Assembly (NCBI GenBank): GCA_963781845.1
Contig: CAWAHN010000009.1
Location: forward strand, 140,741-204,740
Direction of reading: 5' to 3'
DNA from: an uncultured Chloroflexia bacterium
Lineage (GTDB): Bacteria > Chloroflexota > Limnocylindria > Limnocylindrales > CSP1-4
Length of the DNA stretch: 64,000 bases
Shown piece after piece: positions 27,780-36,965 of this stretch (positions within the stretch are counted from its first letter, which is position 1; each line of letters opens with the position of its first letter). The notes under the pieces are model-generated. The model ran no database searches. It saw only the letters and a program-made list of their open reading frames with translations, and was not told the DNA's origin. The translations under genes were made by a program, and so were the position numbers.

Positions 27780-29260
27780 GCACTCTCCTCGAGGTAGATC
27801 GGGTTCGCAAGGGCCAGGAGCGCGCCGTCGCGGGCGCGCACTTCGAGGCGGATGAAGGCCGGTCGATCGGAGCACGGGATGCAGAGCTCCCCTGCGACGT
27901 CGTCCGCGTCGAGGGCGACCGATCCCAGACGACGATCCGGACCGAGGACCCGGAGCTCGCTGCCGGTCGCGGCCCGGACACGCCAGGTGAGCTCGATGTC
28001 GTCGGTCGCGGCACAGCCCAGGGCGTCCCCGATCCCGGCCGGTCCCCCACTCGAGCCGGCCCGAGCGACCACGTCGAGGTACGGGCCGCTGACCGTCCGG
28101 GACAGGGCGACCCGGCCCGCCCGGAGACCGTCGAGGATCCGAGCCCGACCCGTTCCGCGCGCACGGATCCAGGTGATCGGCGTCCCGATCGGTTGGCGAT
28201 CGGCCGCGACGTCGTGCATGTCGCTGCCCCCGACGGCGACCGTCCGCCGCCCGCCGGCCAGCTCGTCCGCCCAGGCCGCGAGCGCCGCCTCGTTGCCGTT
28301 GCGGCCGTCCCACGGCCCGTTCCAGACCTCGATCGCATCGGTCAGGGGGTCGAACTCCCAGGGGGACGATGTCGAGGCGAGATGGTTCCGGACCGTCAGG
28401 CCTCCGTCCGCCCTGACCGCCTCGGCCGCGCGGGCCATCCCGGCGGAGTCGACCTGTCGGAACTCGACCCAGCCCGACGCTCCGAGCGCCCCCATGTGCC
28501 CGCGATAGGTCGTGACCTCCTCGGCGGCGTGGAGGGCGATAGCCGCGGCGGTACCGGCACCGTCGAGCTCGGGCCGGTGGCTGGTCGTGTTGTGGTCGCT
28601 CACGAAGAGGAACGCGAGACCGGCAGCGCGGGCGAACCGAGCGATCGCGGCGACCGTCAGCTGGCCATCGCTGTGGACGGTCTGGCAATGGAGGTCCCCC
28701 GGCCACCAGGGGTCGGCCTCCGCATCGAGGCCGTCGCTCCGGGCAGGTGCCGGCTCGACGGGTGTCGGTTCGCGGTCCCGGTCGACCGGCGACCCCGGCG
28801 GGACCCCGCCGAGCCCCCTGAGTCGGGGGTCGCCCGTCCCGAGCGGCTCGGCGGTCACCCGGTACCGACACCCCCCCGGCGCGATCTGGCAGAGCCCGAC
28901 GATGACGTGCCAACGCCCGGCGGGGATCGGGCCGGGCAGGTACCCGGGAGTCGCGTCTCGTTCCCCGACCACGATCTCGCGCCGCTCGCTGCCGCTCCAG
29001 CCGCGGAACGCGGGCGTCCCGAGGTCGACCGAGCCGGGCTCGAACAGGCCGAGGTCGAGGATGCTCCCCACGCCGCGCCGGTCGGTCGGGCCGGGGTCGT
29101 CATAGGTCAGGGAGACCGCCAGCCCCGCCGCTCCGACGGGCACCTCGACGGCGACGTAGGCGAACGGGTCGGAGGCGGCATCTCCGGGCTCCAGGACACC
29201 CTCACCGGCGATCAGCCGCACGCCGCTCCTCACCTCGGTCAACGGTCGACAGTGTACCAT
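27776..29260 (-). CDS. PHP-domain metallohydrolase (CehA/McbA-like) with N-terminal beta-rich domain
   Basis: Motifs: WWPGDLHCQTVHSDG, LFVSDHNT, GGSDMHD. The start is ATG 29260 or GTG 29233. Its stop overlaps the next gene's ATG (ATGA). Confidence 0.75.
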   Translation of the reverse strand: MVHCRPLTEVRSGVRLIAGEGVLEPGDAASDPFAYVAVEVPVGAAGLAVSLTYDDPGPTDRRGVGSILDLGLFEPGSVDLGTPAFRGWSGSERREIVVGERDATPGYLPGPIPAGRWHVIVGLCQIAPGGCRYRVTAEPLGTGDPRLRGLGGVPPGSPVDRDREPTPVEPAPARSDGLDAEADPWWPGDLHCQTVHSDGQLTVAAIARFARAAGLAFLFVSDHNTTSHRPELDGAGTAAAIALHAAEEVTTYRGHMGALGASGWVEFRQVDSAGMARAAEAVRADGGLTVRNHLASTSSPWEFDPLTDAIEVWNGPWDGRNGNEAALAAWADELAGGRRTVAVGGSDMHDVAADRQPIGTPITWIRARGTGRARILDGLRAGRVALSRTVSGPYLDVVARAGSSGGPAGIGDALGCAATDDIELTWRVRAATGSELRVLGPDRRLGSVALDADDVAGELCIPCSDRPAFIRLEVRARDGALLALANPIYLEESA

Positions 29261-29284
29261 CGGGCTTCCCCTGCGGAGCCCTCG

Positions 29285-32068
29285 ATGCCCTCGACGACGA
29301 CGGTCCACCTCGTCCCCCACACCCATTGGGATCGCGAGTGGTACCTGCCGTTCCAGGCGTTCCGGATGCGCCTGGTCGGGCTGCTCGATGGGTTGCTCGA
29401 CGCGATGGAGTCCGACGAGCGCCTTCGGTTCACCCTGGATGGCCAGCTGGCCACGGTCGACGACTACCTCGAGGTCCGGCCCGAGGCGGCCGACCGGATC
29501 GCCGCCCTGGTCCGATCGGGGCGGCTGGCGGTCGGACCATGGCTGATCCTGATGGACGAGTTCCTCGTGTCCGGCGAGACCATCGTCCGCAATCTCGAGA
29601 TGGGCACCAGCCGCGCGGTCGAGCTGGGGCGGGTGATGGCGGTGGGCTACCTGCCCGACATGTTCGGCCACATCGCCCAGATGCCCCAGATCCTGCGCCG
29701 GGCCGGGATCGGGTCGGCGGTCGTCTGGCGTGGCGTCCCCGAGGCCGTCGACCGGCACGCGTTCACCTGGCGGAGCCCCGACGGGTCGGCCGTCCGGACC
29801 GAGTACCTGTGGGGCGGCTACGGCAACGCGCGCGACCTGTTCGACGATCCGGGTCGGATCGACGCCAAGCTTCGGACCTACGTCGACGGCGTGGCCGGCC
29901 TGTTCGGCGACGCCGACATCCTGGCGATGTACGGCGAGGATCACTCGATCCCGCTCCAGGGCTATGCCGACCTGGTCGATGGGTACAACGCCGATCAGGC
30001 CCGCTTCCGGATCCTGGTCGCGACGTTGGGCGACTACCTGGCCGAGACGCGCGACCAGGGCACGGTCGACCGATCCTGGGACGGCGAGCTTCGATCGAGC
30101 GCCCGGGCGAACATGCTGATGGGCGTCGTGTCGAACCACGTCGACGTACGCGCCTCGGCCGCCGCGGCCGAAGCTGCGCTGTGGCGGACGGCCGAGCCGA
30201 TCCTTGCGCTCCACGGAGCCGGCCCGTGGCCCGACCGCTACCTCGAGCTCGCCGCCAGACGGATCGTCGAGAACTCGGCCCACGACTCGATCTGCGCCTG
30301 CTCGATCGATCCCGTGGTCGACCAGGTCCTCGTCCGGTTCGCCGAGGCGTCGCAGATCGCCGCCGGTCTCGCCGACCGGGTCCTCGGCGGCTGGGCGGCG
30401 GGGCTTCCTCGTGGCGCCTGGGCGGTCTTCAACCCGAGCCCGTTCGAGCGCACGGACCTCGTCGAGATCGATCTCGCGGCCGACGGTCCCGGCGTCGACC
30501 GGCCGCTGGTCGACGCGGTCGGGCGGGTCGTCCCGACCCAGGAGCTGGCGCGGTCCAGGCAGGTCTTCGACGAGCGTGAGATCGCCGGCTCGGATGTCGG
30601 CACCTACCTGCGCCGGCGCATCCACGGTCGCGAGCTCTACACCCGCCAGGTCAACGGCTGGGCGCTCGGCGGGAACGACGGTCGGGAGCTGACGATCCAC
30701 GTCGACCGGGTCCCGGATCCGCCGATCCTCGACGTCGACGCCCTGGTGGCCGACGTGGCCCGCGCGGCCGCGGCCGATCCCGGCGCCCGCTGGCTGCTCC
30801 GGGTGGTCGACGGCGCGCGCCGGCTCGCCCTCGCCCGGGTGATGGCGCCGGCGCTCGGTCTGACCTCCGTCGCGCCGACCCCAGGGACCGATGGGCGCCC
30901 CCAGGCCGGCGACACCGTCGACGGCACGCTCGATGGGGCCTTGGTGACGGCAACGGAGCGCGGCGTCGACAACGGGTCCGTGTCGGTCACGATCGCCGAG
31001 GACGGAACGCTCACGCTGGCCGGAGCCGGCCGGCGGTCGTCGGGCGTCGGACGGCTGGTCGACGGCGGGGATGTCGGCGACACCTACAACTACGCTCCGC
31101 CACCGCTCGATCCGCTGGTCGACGAGCCGACATCGGTCACGACGCGGGTGCTCGAGACTGGTCCGTTGCGGGGGGTCGTCGAGATCGAGCGGCGATATCG
31201 CTGGCCGTCGGGTCTCGCTCCGGACCTCGGTGGCCGGAGCCTGGACCGTGTCGAGGTCTCCGTGGCGACCCGGGTCGAGCTGCGGATGGGCGAGCCGTTC
31301 GTCCGGCTCACCCTGGCCTACGACAACCAGGCGACCGACCACCGACTCCGGTTGCACGTCCCGCTGCCCGATCGCGTCGAGCGGTCCTTCGCCGAAGGCC
31401 AGTTCGCGATCGTCGAGCGGGGCCTCGACGCCGAGGCCGGCCACGGCGAGTACCCCCTGCCGACCGGACCCGCCGACGCGTTCGTGGCCGCGGGCGGTGT
31501 CGCGGTCCTGGCCCGGCACATCGTCGAGTACGAGCTGGTCGACGGAGGGCGCGAGCTCGCGATCACCCTGCTCCGCGCGACGGGCCTGATCAGCCGGGAC
31601 GATCATCCCTGGCGGGACGAGCCCGCCGGCCCGGTCATCGCCACGCCCGGTGCCCAGCTGCGCGGCCCACGGACGTTCGAGCTGGCGGTCATGCCGTACG
31701 CGGGTGACCGGCCGGGCCCCGAGGTGCTCGCCGCCGCCGAGGCGTACCGGCATCCGTTCCGGGTCGCGGCCGGTGGCGGCCCGGCCGACGCGCCCCTCGT
31801 CGACCGCGCTGGGCTGACGATCGAGGGACCCGGGGTCGTCCTGTCGAGCCTGCGCCGGCGCGACGGCTGGCTCGAGGCCCGGATCGTCGCCGAGCGGCCG
31901 AACGGCGTCGAAGCCCGGCTGAGCGGGGCGATCGTGGCGGCTCGATCGGCGGACCTGCTCGGACGTCCGGGTGCGCCGCTGCCGGTGATCGACGGTGCCG
32001 CGATCGTCGAGCTCGGGCCGTGGGAGATCCGGACCGTCCAGCTCCGGACGACGTCGACCGGGGCCTAG
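29285..32068 (+). CDS. GH38 alpha-mannosidase (cytoplasmic, MngB-like size)
   Basis: GGAG 6 nt upstream of the ATG. Motifs: VHLVPHTHWDREWY, GPWLILMDEFL, GYLPDMFGH. 927 aa with no signal peptide. Confidence 0.9.
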   Translation: MPSTTTVHLVPHTHWDREWYLPFQAFRMRLVGLLDGLLDAMESDERLRFTLDGQLATVDDYLEVRPEAADRIAALVRSGRLAVGPWLILMDEFLVSGETIVRNLEMGTSRAVELGRVMAVGYLPDMFGHIAQMPQILRRAGIGSAVVWRGVPEAVDRHAFTWRSPDGSAVRTEYLWGGYGNARDLFDDPGRIDAKLRTYVDGVAGLFGDADILAMYGEDHSIPLQGYADLVDGYNADQARFRILVATLGDYLAETRDQGTVDRSWDGELRSSARANMLMGVVSNHVDVRASAAAAEAALWRTAEPILALHGAGPWPDRYLELAARRIVENSAHDSICACSIDPVVDQVLVRFAEASQIAAGLADRVLGGWAAGLPRGAWAVFNPSPFERTDLVEIDLAADGPGVDRPLVDAVGRVVPTQELARSRQVFDEREIAGSDVGTYLRRRIHGRELYTRQVNGWALGGNDGRELTIHVDRVPDPPILDVDALVADVARAAAADPGARWLLRVVDGARRLALARVMAPALGLTSVAPTPGTDGRPQAGDTVDGTLDGALVTATERGVDNGSVSVTIAEDGTLTLAGAGRRSSGVGRLVDGGDVGDTYNYAPPPLDPLVDEPTSVTTRVLETGPLRGVVEIERRYRWPSGLAPDLGGRSLDRVEVSVATRVELRMGEPFVRLTLAYDNQATDHRLRLHVPLPDRVERSFAEGQFAIVERGLDAEAGHGEYPLPTGPADAFVAAGGVAVLARHIVEYELVDGGRELAITLLRATGLISRDDHPWRDEPAGPVIATPGAQLRGPRTFELAVMPYAGDRPGPEVLAAAEAYRHPFRVAAGGGPADAPLVDRAGLTIEGPGVVLSSLRRRDGWLEARIVAERPNGVEARLSGAIVAARSADLLGRPGAPLPVIDGAAIVELGPWEIRTVQLRTTSTGA

Positions 32069-33051
32069 TGCTCGATCACGTCGGCGCCGACGCGGCCGAC
32101 CGTCGCCGGTGAGACCGCCCGCTTGATCCGGTCGCGGACCATCCGGGCGAGCACCGCCCCCCGGTCGGGCACCGCACTCAGGCCGTGGCCCTCGACGACG
32201 AGCGCTCCGGCGGCCGCGGCGAACCGCAGCTCCGGATGGGCGCGGGCGCTCCGGCGCCCGCCGAGCGTGTGGTGGACGACGGTCGACACGAGGGCCGCCA
32301 GGAACGTATCGCCGGCGCCGGTCGGGTCGACCTCGTGGTCGGACGGCGTCAACCCGTAGTGGAGGACCGCGTCGGGTCCCGACCCACCGGTGACCAGCAC
32401 GAGGCCGCCTTCCTCTCCCCGGGTGACGACGAGGCGCGATCCCGGCTTGAGCAGGGCCGTCAGCGCCGCGATCGGGGTCGCGGGATCGACGTCGCGGTGG
32501 CTGACGCCGACGAGATCCGCCCGGCGCAGGATCGGCGAGGCGACCGGCGGGCGCCGGGTGACGGTCGTCCCGGCGATGAGGGTCCGGAGGAATCCCTGCC
32601 AGGCGACCCCCACGTAGGCTCCTGGGGGGATGACCGCGGCCCAGTCGTCCTCGATCTCGCCGGCGACCGGCGCGAGCTCCCAGGCCGGGGCGGCCTGCCA
32701 CGACTCGGGCAACGGCGGGATCGGCAGGGGCACGCCCGGCTGGACGCAGGTCTGGACCCGACCGGCGTCGGTCTCGACGTTGTGGTAGATCGGCCCCTCG
32801 TCGAGCGGGACGAGGATGAGGTCGGCCCCGGCGGCCCGGATGAGGTCCAGCTCCGAGGCGTTCCGAGCCTCGCGGTCCACCCCGACCACCGCCGCGGTCC
32901 GGAGCCCGAGTCGAGCCGTGGTCAACGTCGCGTAGGTGACGCCGCCGCCCAGTCGCCAGCCGCGCGGATCGTCCGGGGCGATGTCGCGGCAGGCCGACCC
33001 GACATGGACGACCTCGGGTCCGACCGGCCGTCGGGCGGGACGCTCAGCCAC
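32065..33051 (-). CDS. PfkB-family carbohydrate kinase
   Basis: VVHVGSACRD forms the N-terminal sheet and VDPTGAGDTFLAAL is the PfkB signature 2 motif. Its stop codon shares the CTAG tetranucleotide with the GH38 stop. Confidence 0.85.
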   Translation of the reverse strand: MAERPARRPVGPEVVHVGSACRDIAPDDPRGWRLGGGVTYATLTTARLGLRTAAVVGVDREARNASELDLIRAAGADLILVPLDEGPIYHNVETDAGRVQTCVQPGVPLPIPPLPESWQAAPAWELAPVAGEIEDDWAAVIPPGAYVGVAWQGFLRTLIAGTTVTRRPPVASPILRRADLVGVSHRDVDPATPIAALTALLKPGSRLVVTRGEEGGLVLVTGGSGPDAVLHYGLTPSDHEVDPTGAGDTFLAALVSTVVHHTLGGRRSARAHPELRFAAAAGALVVEGHGLSAVPDRGAVLARMVRDRIKRAVSPATVGRVGADVIEH

Positions 33052-33083
33052 CGTCGGACGCCGGGGCGAGGTATCGTGAGGCC

Positions 33084-33545
33084 ATGTACTTCTACGAACT
33101 CCACGAAGGCGACGACGAGCTCTTCGGGGACCTCCTCCTCGCCCACGACGAGCTGTTCGAGCCCGACGAGTTCTTCGAGATGGTCCAGACGATCCGACGT
33201 CGGGTCCAGGACGATTTCACGCACGATACCCTCATCGAGGCCATCGGCGAAGGGCTCGCGAACGAGTACGGGTTCACCCCGATCGACGATGACGAGCTGG
33301 CGGTGTCGCTGCTCGTGTCGCCGATCGACGAGGAGAATGCGATCGTCCCGACCGGCACGTTCTCCCCGGAGCCCGAGTGGGGCGATGACGACGACGACGG
33401 CGATGACGACGACGACGAGGATGGCGACGACGAGCCGACCATCGAGCTCGAGGACCTCCCGGACTTCGTGACGATCACGGCCGAGGTCAGGAAGACGCCG
33501 GGGATCGCTCCCGAACTGACCCGGACGCCCCGGCTCAGCGACTGA
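33084..33545 (+). CDS. very acidic small protein, hypothetical
   Basis: 153 aa, roughly one third Asp/Glu, including the run GDDDDDGDDDDDEDGDDE. GAGG lies just upstream of the ATG. GC3-rich codons. No family recognised. Confidence 0.6.
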   Translation: MYFYELHEGDDELFGDLLLAHDELFEPDEFFEMVQTIRRRVQDDFTHDTLIEAIGEGLANEYGFTPIDDDELAVSLLVSPIDEENAIVPTGTFSPEPEWGDDDDDGDDDDDEDGDDEPTIELEDLPDFVTITAEVRKTPGIAPELTRTPRLSD

Positions 33546-34638
33546 ACAGGACCTCGATCACGTCGCCGTCGCGGACGACGTAGGTCTTGCCCTCGGAGCG
33601 CAGCTTGCCGTGCTTGCGCGCTTCGGCCGTCGAATGCAGCTCGAGCAGGTCGGCGTACGACACCGTCTCGGCCCGGATGAACCCCTTGGCCAGGTCCGTG
33701 TGGATGGCGGCCGCCGCATCGACCGCGTTGGAGCCGTCCGGGATCGGCCAGGCCCGGACCTCGTCCGGTCCGGCGGTCAGGAAGCTGATCAGCCCGAGGA
33801 GGCGGTAGGACAGGGCGATCACCCGGTCGAGGCTCGACCCGTGAAGACCGAGCTCGTCCATGAACACGGCGGCCTCGTCGGGCTCGAGCTCGCCCAGCTC
33901 CATCTCGATCTTGGCCGACAGCGCGTCGATGAGGGCGTGCTCGTGCGCGTAGCGGTCGGCGATGCCGGCGACGATGGCCGCCTCGCGAGGGATATCCCCT
34001 TCCCCGACGTTGAGCAGGACGAGGACCGGTTTCTGGGTCAGGAAGCGGAAGCCTCGGATCGCCTTCTCGTCATCCGGCGGGAGTGCGGTGTCACGGATGG
34101 GGCGGCCCTCCACGAGCGCCTCGTGGATCCGGCCGAGGATGACCTCCTCGCGCTCGTTGGCGTCGCGCTCGGCCTGGGAGCCGTGTCGTCCGGTCGCCTT
34201 GAGCCGGTCGAGCCGTCGCTCGGTCATCGCCAGGTCCGCCAGGATGAACTCGAGATCGAGCCGCTCGAGGTCGCGCCACGGGTCGACCGACCCCTCCGGG
34301 TGCGGGACCGATGGGTCCTCGAACGCCCGGACGACATGGAGCAGGGCGTCCGAGTCGCGCAGGCGCGCGAGGTGCTCGGCCGGCAGCTCCTCGGTCCCGA
34401 CCCGACCTTCGGTCGAGGCCGGCGGGGCGGGCAGGTCGACGTAGGTCACGTCGGCGTGGACGATCTTCTTCGGCTTGAAGATCTCGGCCAGCCGGTCCAG
34501 CCGATCGTCCGGCACCTTGACGACGCCGACGTTGAGCTGGATGCCGCCGTACCCGCCGGTCTCGGCGTGGCCGCGGGTCAGCGTGTTGAAGACGGTCGTC
34601 TTGCCCGCGGCGGCAAGCCCGACGATGGCGATCTGCAT
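33535..34638 (-). CDS. ychF: redox-regulated ATPase YchF (Obg-like)
   Basis: The P-loop is IVGLAAAGKTTVFN. Also DALLHVVRAF, and a C-terminal TGS-like region VRAWPIPDGSNAVDAAAAIHTDLAKGFIRAE. Confidence 0.93.
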   Translation of the reverse strand: MQIAIVGLAAAGKTTVFNTLTRGHAETGGYGGIQLNVGVVKVPDDRLDRLAEIFKPKKIVHADVTYVDLPAPPASTEGRVGTEELPAEHLARLRDSDALLHVVRAFEDPSVPHPEGSVDPWRDLERLDLEFILADLAMTERRLDRLKATGRHGSQAERDANEREEVILGRIHEALVEGRPIRDTALPPDDEKAIRGFRFLTQKPVLVLLNVGEGDIPREAAIVAGIADRYAHEHALIDALSAKIEMELGELEPDEAAVFMDELGLHGSSLDRVIALSYRLLGLISFLTAGPDEVRAWPIPDGSNAVDAAAAIHTDLAKGFIRAETVSYADLLELHSTAEARKHGKLRSEGKTYVVRDGDVIEVLFSR

Positions 34639-34675
34639 CCGTTGATTGTGTCCGACCCGAGCGGCGACCGTCGGA

Positions 34676-35749
34676 TCAGTACCCGACGCTCGGATCGACG
34701 ACGTTGAGCAACGGCTCGCCCCGGGCGTAGCGCGTCAGGTTGTCGCAGAACAGCGCGACGCTCCGATCGAGCACCCGACCGCTCGACCACGACGTGTGCG
34801 GCGTGACGATGACGTTGGGCAGGTCGTAGAACGGCGACCCCGGCAGCAGCGGCTCCTCGCGGAAGGTATCAAGGACCGCGCCGCCGAGCGGACCGTCGCG
34901 CAGCGCCCGGAGCAGCGCCCGCTCATCGACGAGCCGTCCCCGCGCGACGTTGATCAGCCACGCGCCGGGCTTGACCGAGGCGAGCGCGGCCTCGTCGATC
35001 ATCCCCTCGGTCGCCGGGGTCAGCGGGGCCGCGAGCACGATGAAGTCCGACTCCGCCAGCAGCTCGGGCAGGCCCTCCGGGCCGGTCAGCCGCTCGATCC
35101 CGGGCGGCGGCTCATCCGACGGTCGGGCGTCGGCGGCATCGTCCTCGTTCGCTGGCGTCGGCTCGTCCGGTTCGGACCGCCGCCGGGTCGCGACGACCCG
35201 ACAGCCGAACGCGCCAGCCAGCCTGGCGACCGCCGTCCCGATCGACCCGAGGCCGACGATCCCGATGGTGACGTCGTGCAGCTCGGCACCTTCGAGCGGC
35301 TGCCACGTCCGCTCGCGCTGGAGCTCGAGGAGCTGCGGCAACCGGCGGCTGACGGCCAGGATCATCATCAGGACGTACTCGGCGATCGGATCGCTGAACA
35401 CGCCCCGGGCGTTCGTCACGACCAGGCCGCGCTCCCGGCCGGCGGTCGTCAGGACCCGCTCGACCCCCGCCGAGGCCGAGTGGACCCAGGTCAGTCGAGG
35501 AGAGCGCGCCAGGAGCCGATCGAACGCCTCGGCGGACAGGAACCCCCGAAGGAGGACCTCGACGTCGTCGAGCGGGCCGTCGGCGAGGCCCTCGATCGAG
35601 ACGGTGACCAGGCGGGCGCCCGGAGCCGCCGCCCGGATCCGCTCCAGGTCCCGACCGCGGTAGCGCGCCGACAGGATCGGGCTGAGGGCGATCGCCGCCG
35701 GTGCGCCCCCTGGGCCGCGACCTGGGCCGGCCGTACCGGTCGGGCTCAT
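34676..35749 (-). CDS. D-isomer-specific 2-hydroxyacid dehydrogenase family protein
   Basis: Motifs: GIVGLGSIGTAVA, LINVARGRLVDE, TPHTS. It contains a roughly 30-aa acidic/Pro-rich insertion after VVATRRR. Confidence 0.85.
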   Translation of the reverse strand: MSPTGTAGPGRGPGGAPAAIALSPILSARYRGRDLERIRAAAPGARLVTVSIEGLADGPLDDVEVLLRGFLSAEAFDRLLARSPRLTWVHSASAGVERVLTTAGRERGLVVTNARGVFSDPIAEYVLMMILAVSRRLPQLLELQRERTWQPLEGAELHDVTIGIVGLGSIGTAVARLAGAFGCRVVATRRRSEPDEPTPANEDDAADARPSDEPPPGIERLTGPEGLPELLAESDFIVLAAPLTPATEGMIDEAALASVKPGAWLINVARGRLVDERALLRALRDGPLGGAVLDTFREEPLLPGSPFYDLPNVIVTPHTSWSSGRVLDRSVALFCDNLTRYARGEPLLNVVDPSVGY

Positions 35750-35759
35750 CCGCTTCGAC

Positions 35760-36965
35760 TCAGCCGACCATGACCCGGGCGAGCCAGCGAGCGGGCGCCT
35801 CGATCTCGCCGTCCCGCGGCAGCGACTCCGGTCCGGCCCACAGCCGTTCGAGGGCCGGCTTGCCGCCCGCGGCCGCGATCGCGGCGACGAACCGCTCCCC
35901 CTTCTTGTACTGCTCGAGCTTCATGTCCATCCCGGTGAGCCGCATGATCGCCCGCTCGAACCCGGACTTGCGCTGCTCGCGCCTGGCGTGGAACCGCTCG
36001 CTGATCCGCTCGACGTCGGGCACGAGGTCCCGCCCGACCTCGTCCATGATGTAGTCGCTGAAGCCCTCGAGCAGGCTCATGACCGCCTGGGTCTCGCGGA
36101 ACAGACGCCGCTGCTCGTCGCTCATCAGGCGCTCCATCCAGTGCTCGCCGGCCGCTTCGCCCCGCAGGGACCGGCCGACGCGGCGGAGCATCTCGGGAGC
36201 GATCCGCTTGGTCCCGCCCGAGAACCCCGCGAGCTGTCGCTCCAGCCGGTCGGCCAGGTACGGTCGAAGCCAGGGGTGCGCCTCGAACTCGAACGCGTGG
36301 GTCGTCTCGTGCAGGGCGATCCAGGTCCGGAACGCGTCGAGCGGCACGCCCAGGTTCCGGGCGGTCTGGCGGATGTTCTCCTCGACGAACAGCAGCCGCC
36401 CCGGGGTCGTCTCCGCACTGAGCAGTGCGAGGTCGTACTGGCCGAGGACGCGCGTCCCCATGAACCCGAGCATGAAGCCGATCTGGCGGGTGGTCACCCA
36501 ACGATTCGCCAGGGCGATGCTGGCCTGCCCGATCCCCCCGCCCGGCGGCAGGATCTGGTCGAGCAGCGTGCCCTCGAGCTTGCCGATGAGCTGGGCGAAG
36601 CTGGCCGAATTCGCCCGCACCCAGCCGGCCCGGTCGACGACCCCGGAGCGGGCGACCACTCCGGGTAGCTCGGTCCCGAGCTCCGCGCTCAGGCGGGGCA
36701 CGATCCGGGCCATCGTCTCGGCGTAGGCGGGCTCGGCGGCGGCGAGCTCGGCCGGGGTCAGCGATCCAGGGGCGTTCCGCAGCCGACCGGCGGCGACACG
36801 CTCGGCGGCCGGCCAGTCGACCAGCCCGCGCCGCGCCGAGCGCTCCATCCGGCGGCCGACCACCGTCGCCGCGACGCCGAGCGCGGACCCCACCAGGAAG
36901 CCCGCCTGCCAGACCCGATCGTCGCGGGTGGCGCCCGGCCGGCCGGACCCGTCGCCGCGGCTCAC
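35760..36965 (-). CDS. zinc-dependent metalloprotease, DUF2342 family
   Basis: WIALHETTHAFEF contains the HExxH motif. GTGA overlap with the murI stop. 401 aa. Confidence 0.8.
   Translation of the reverse strand: MSRGDGSGRPGATRDDRVWQAGFLVGSALGVAATVVGRRMERSARRGLVDWPAAERVAAGRLRNAPGSLTPAELAAAEPAYAETMARIVPRLSAELGTELPGVVARSGVVDRAGWVRANSASFAQLIGKLEGTLLDQILPPGGGIGQASIALANRWVTTRQIGFMLGFMGTRVLGQYDLALLSAETTPGRLLFVEENIRQTARNLGVPLDAFRTWIALHETTHAFEFEAHPWLRPYLADRLERQLAGFSGGTKRIAPEMLRRVGRSLRGEAAGEHWMERLMSDEQRRLFRETQAVMSLLEGFSDYIMDEVGRDLVPDVERISERFHARREQRKSGFERAIMRLTGMDMKLEQYKKGERFVAAIAAAGGKPALERLWAGPESLPRDGEIEAPARWLARVMVG

Noticed and set aside
27776-32701. 1641-aa ORF on the minus strand spanning the whole GH38 gene
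   Set aside because: Only its last roughly 495 codons (27776-29260) encode a recognisable PHP-domain protein. The rest is Arg/Pro/Gly-rich antisense shadow of the GH38 and PfkB genes, as expected in a 70% GC genome.
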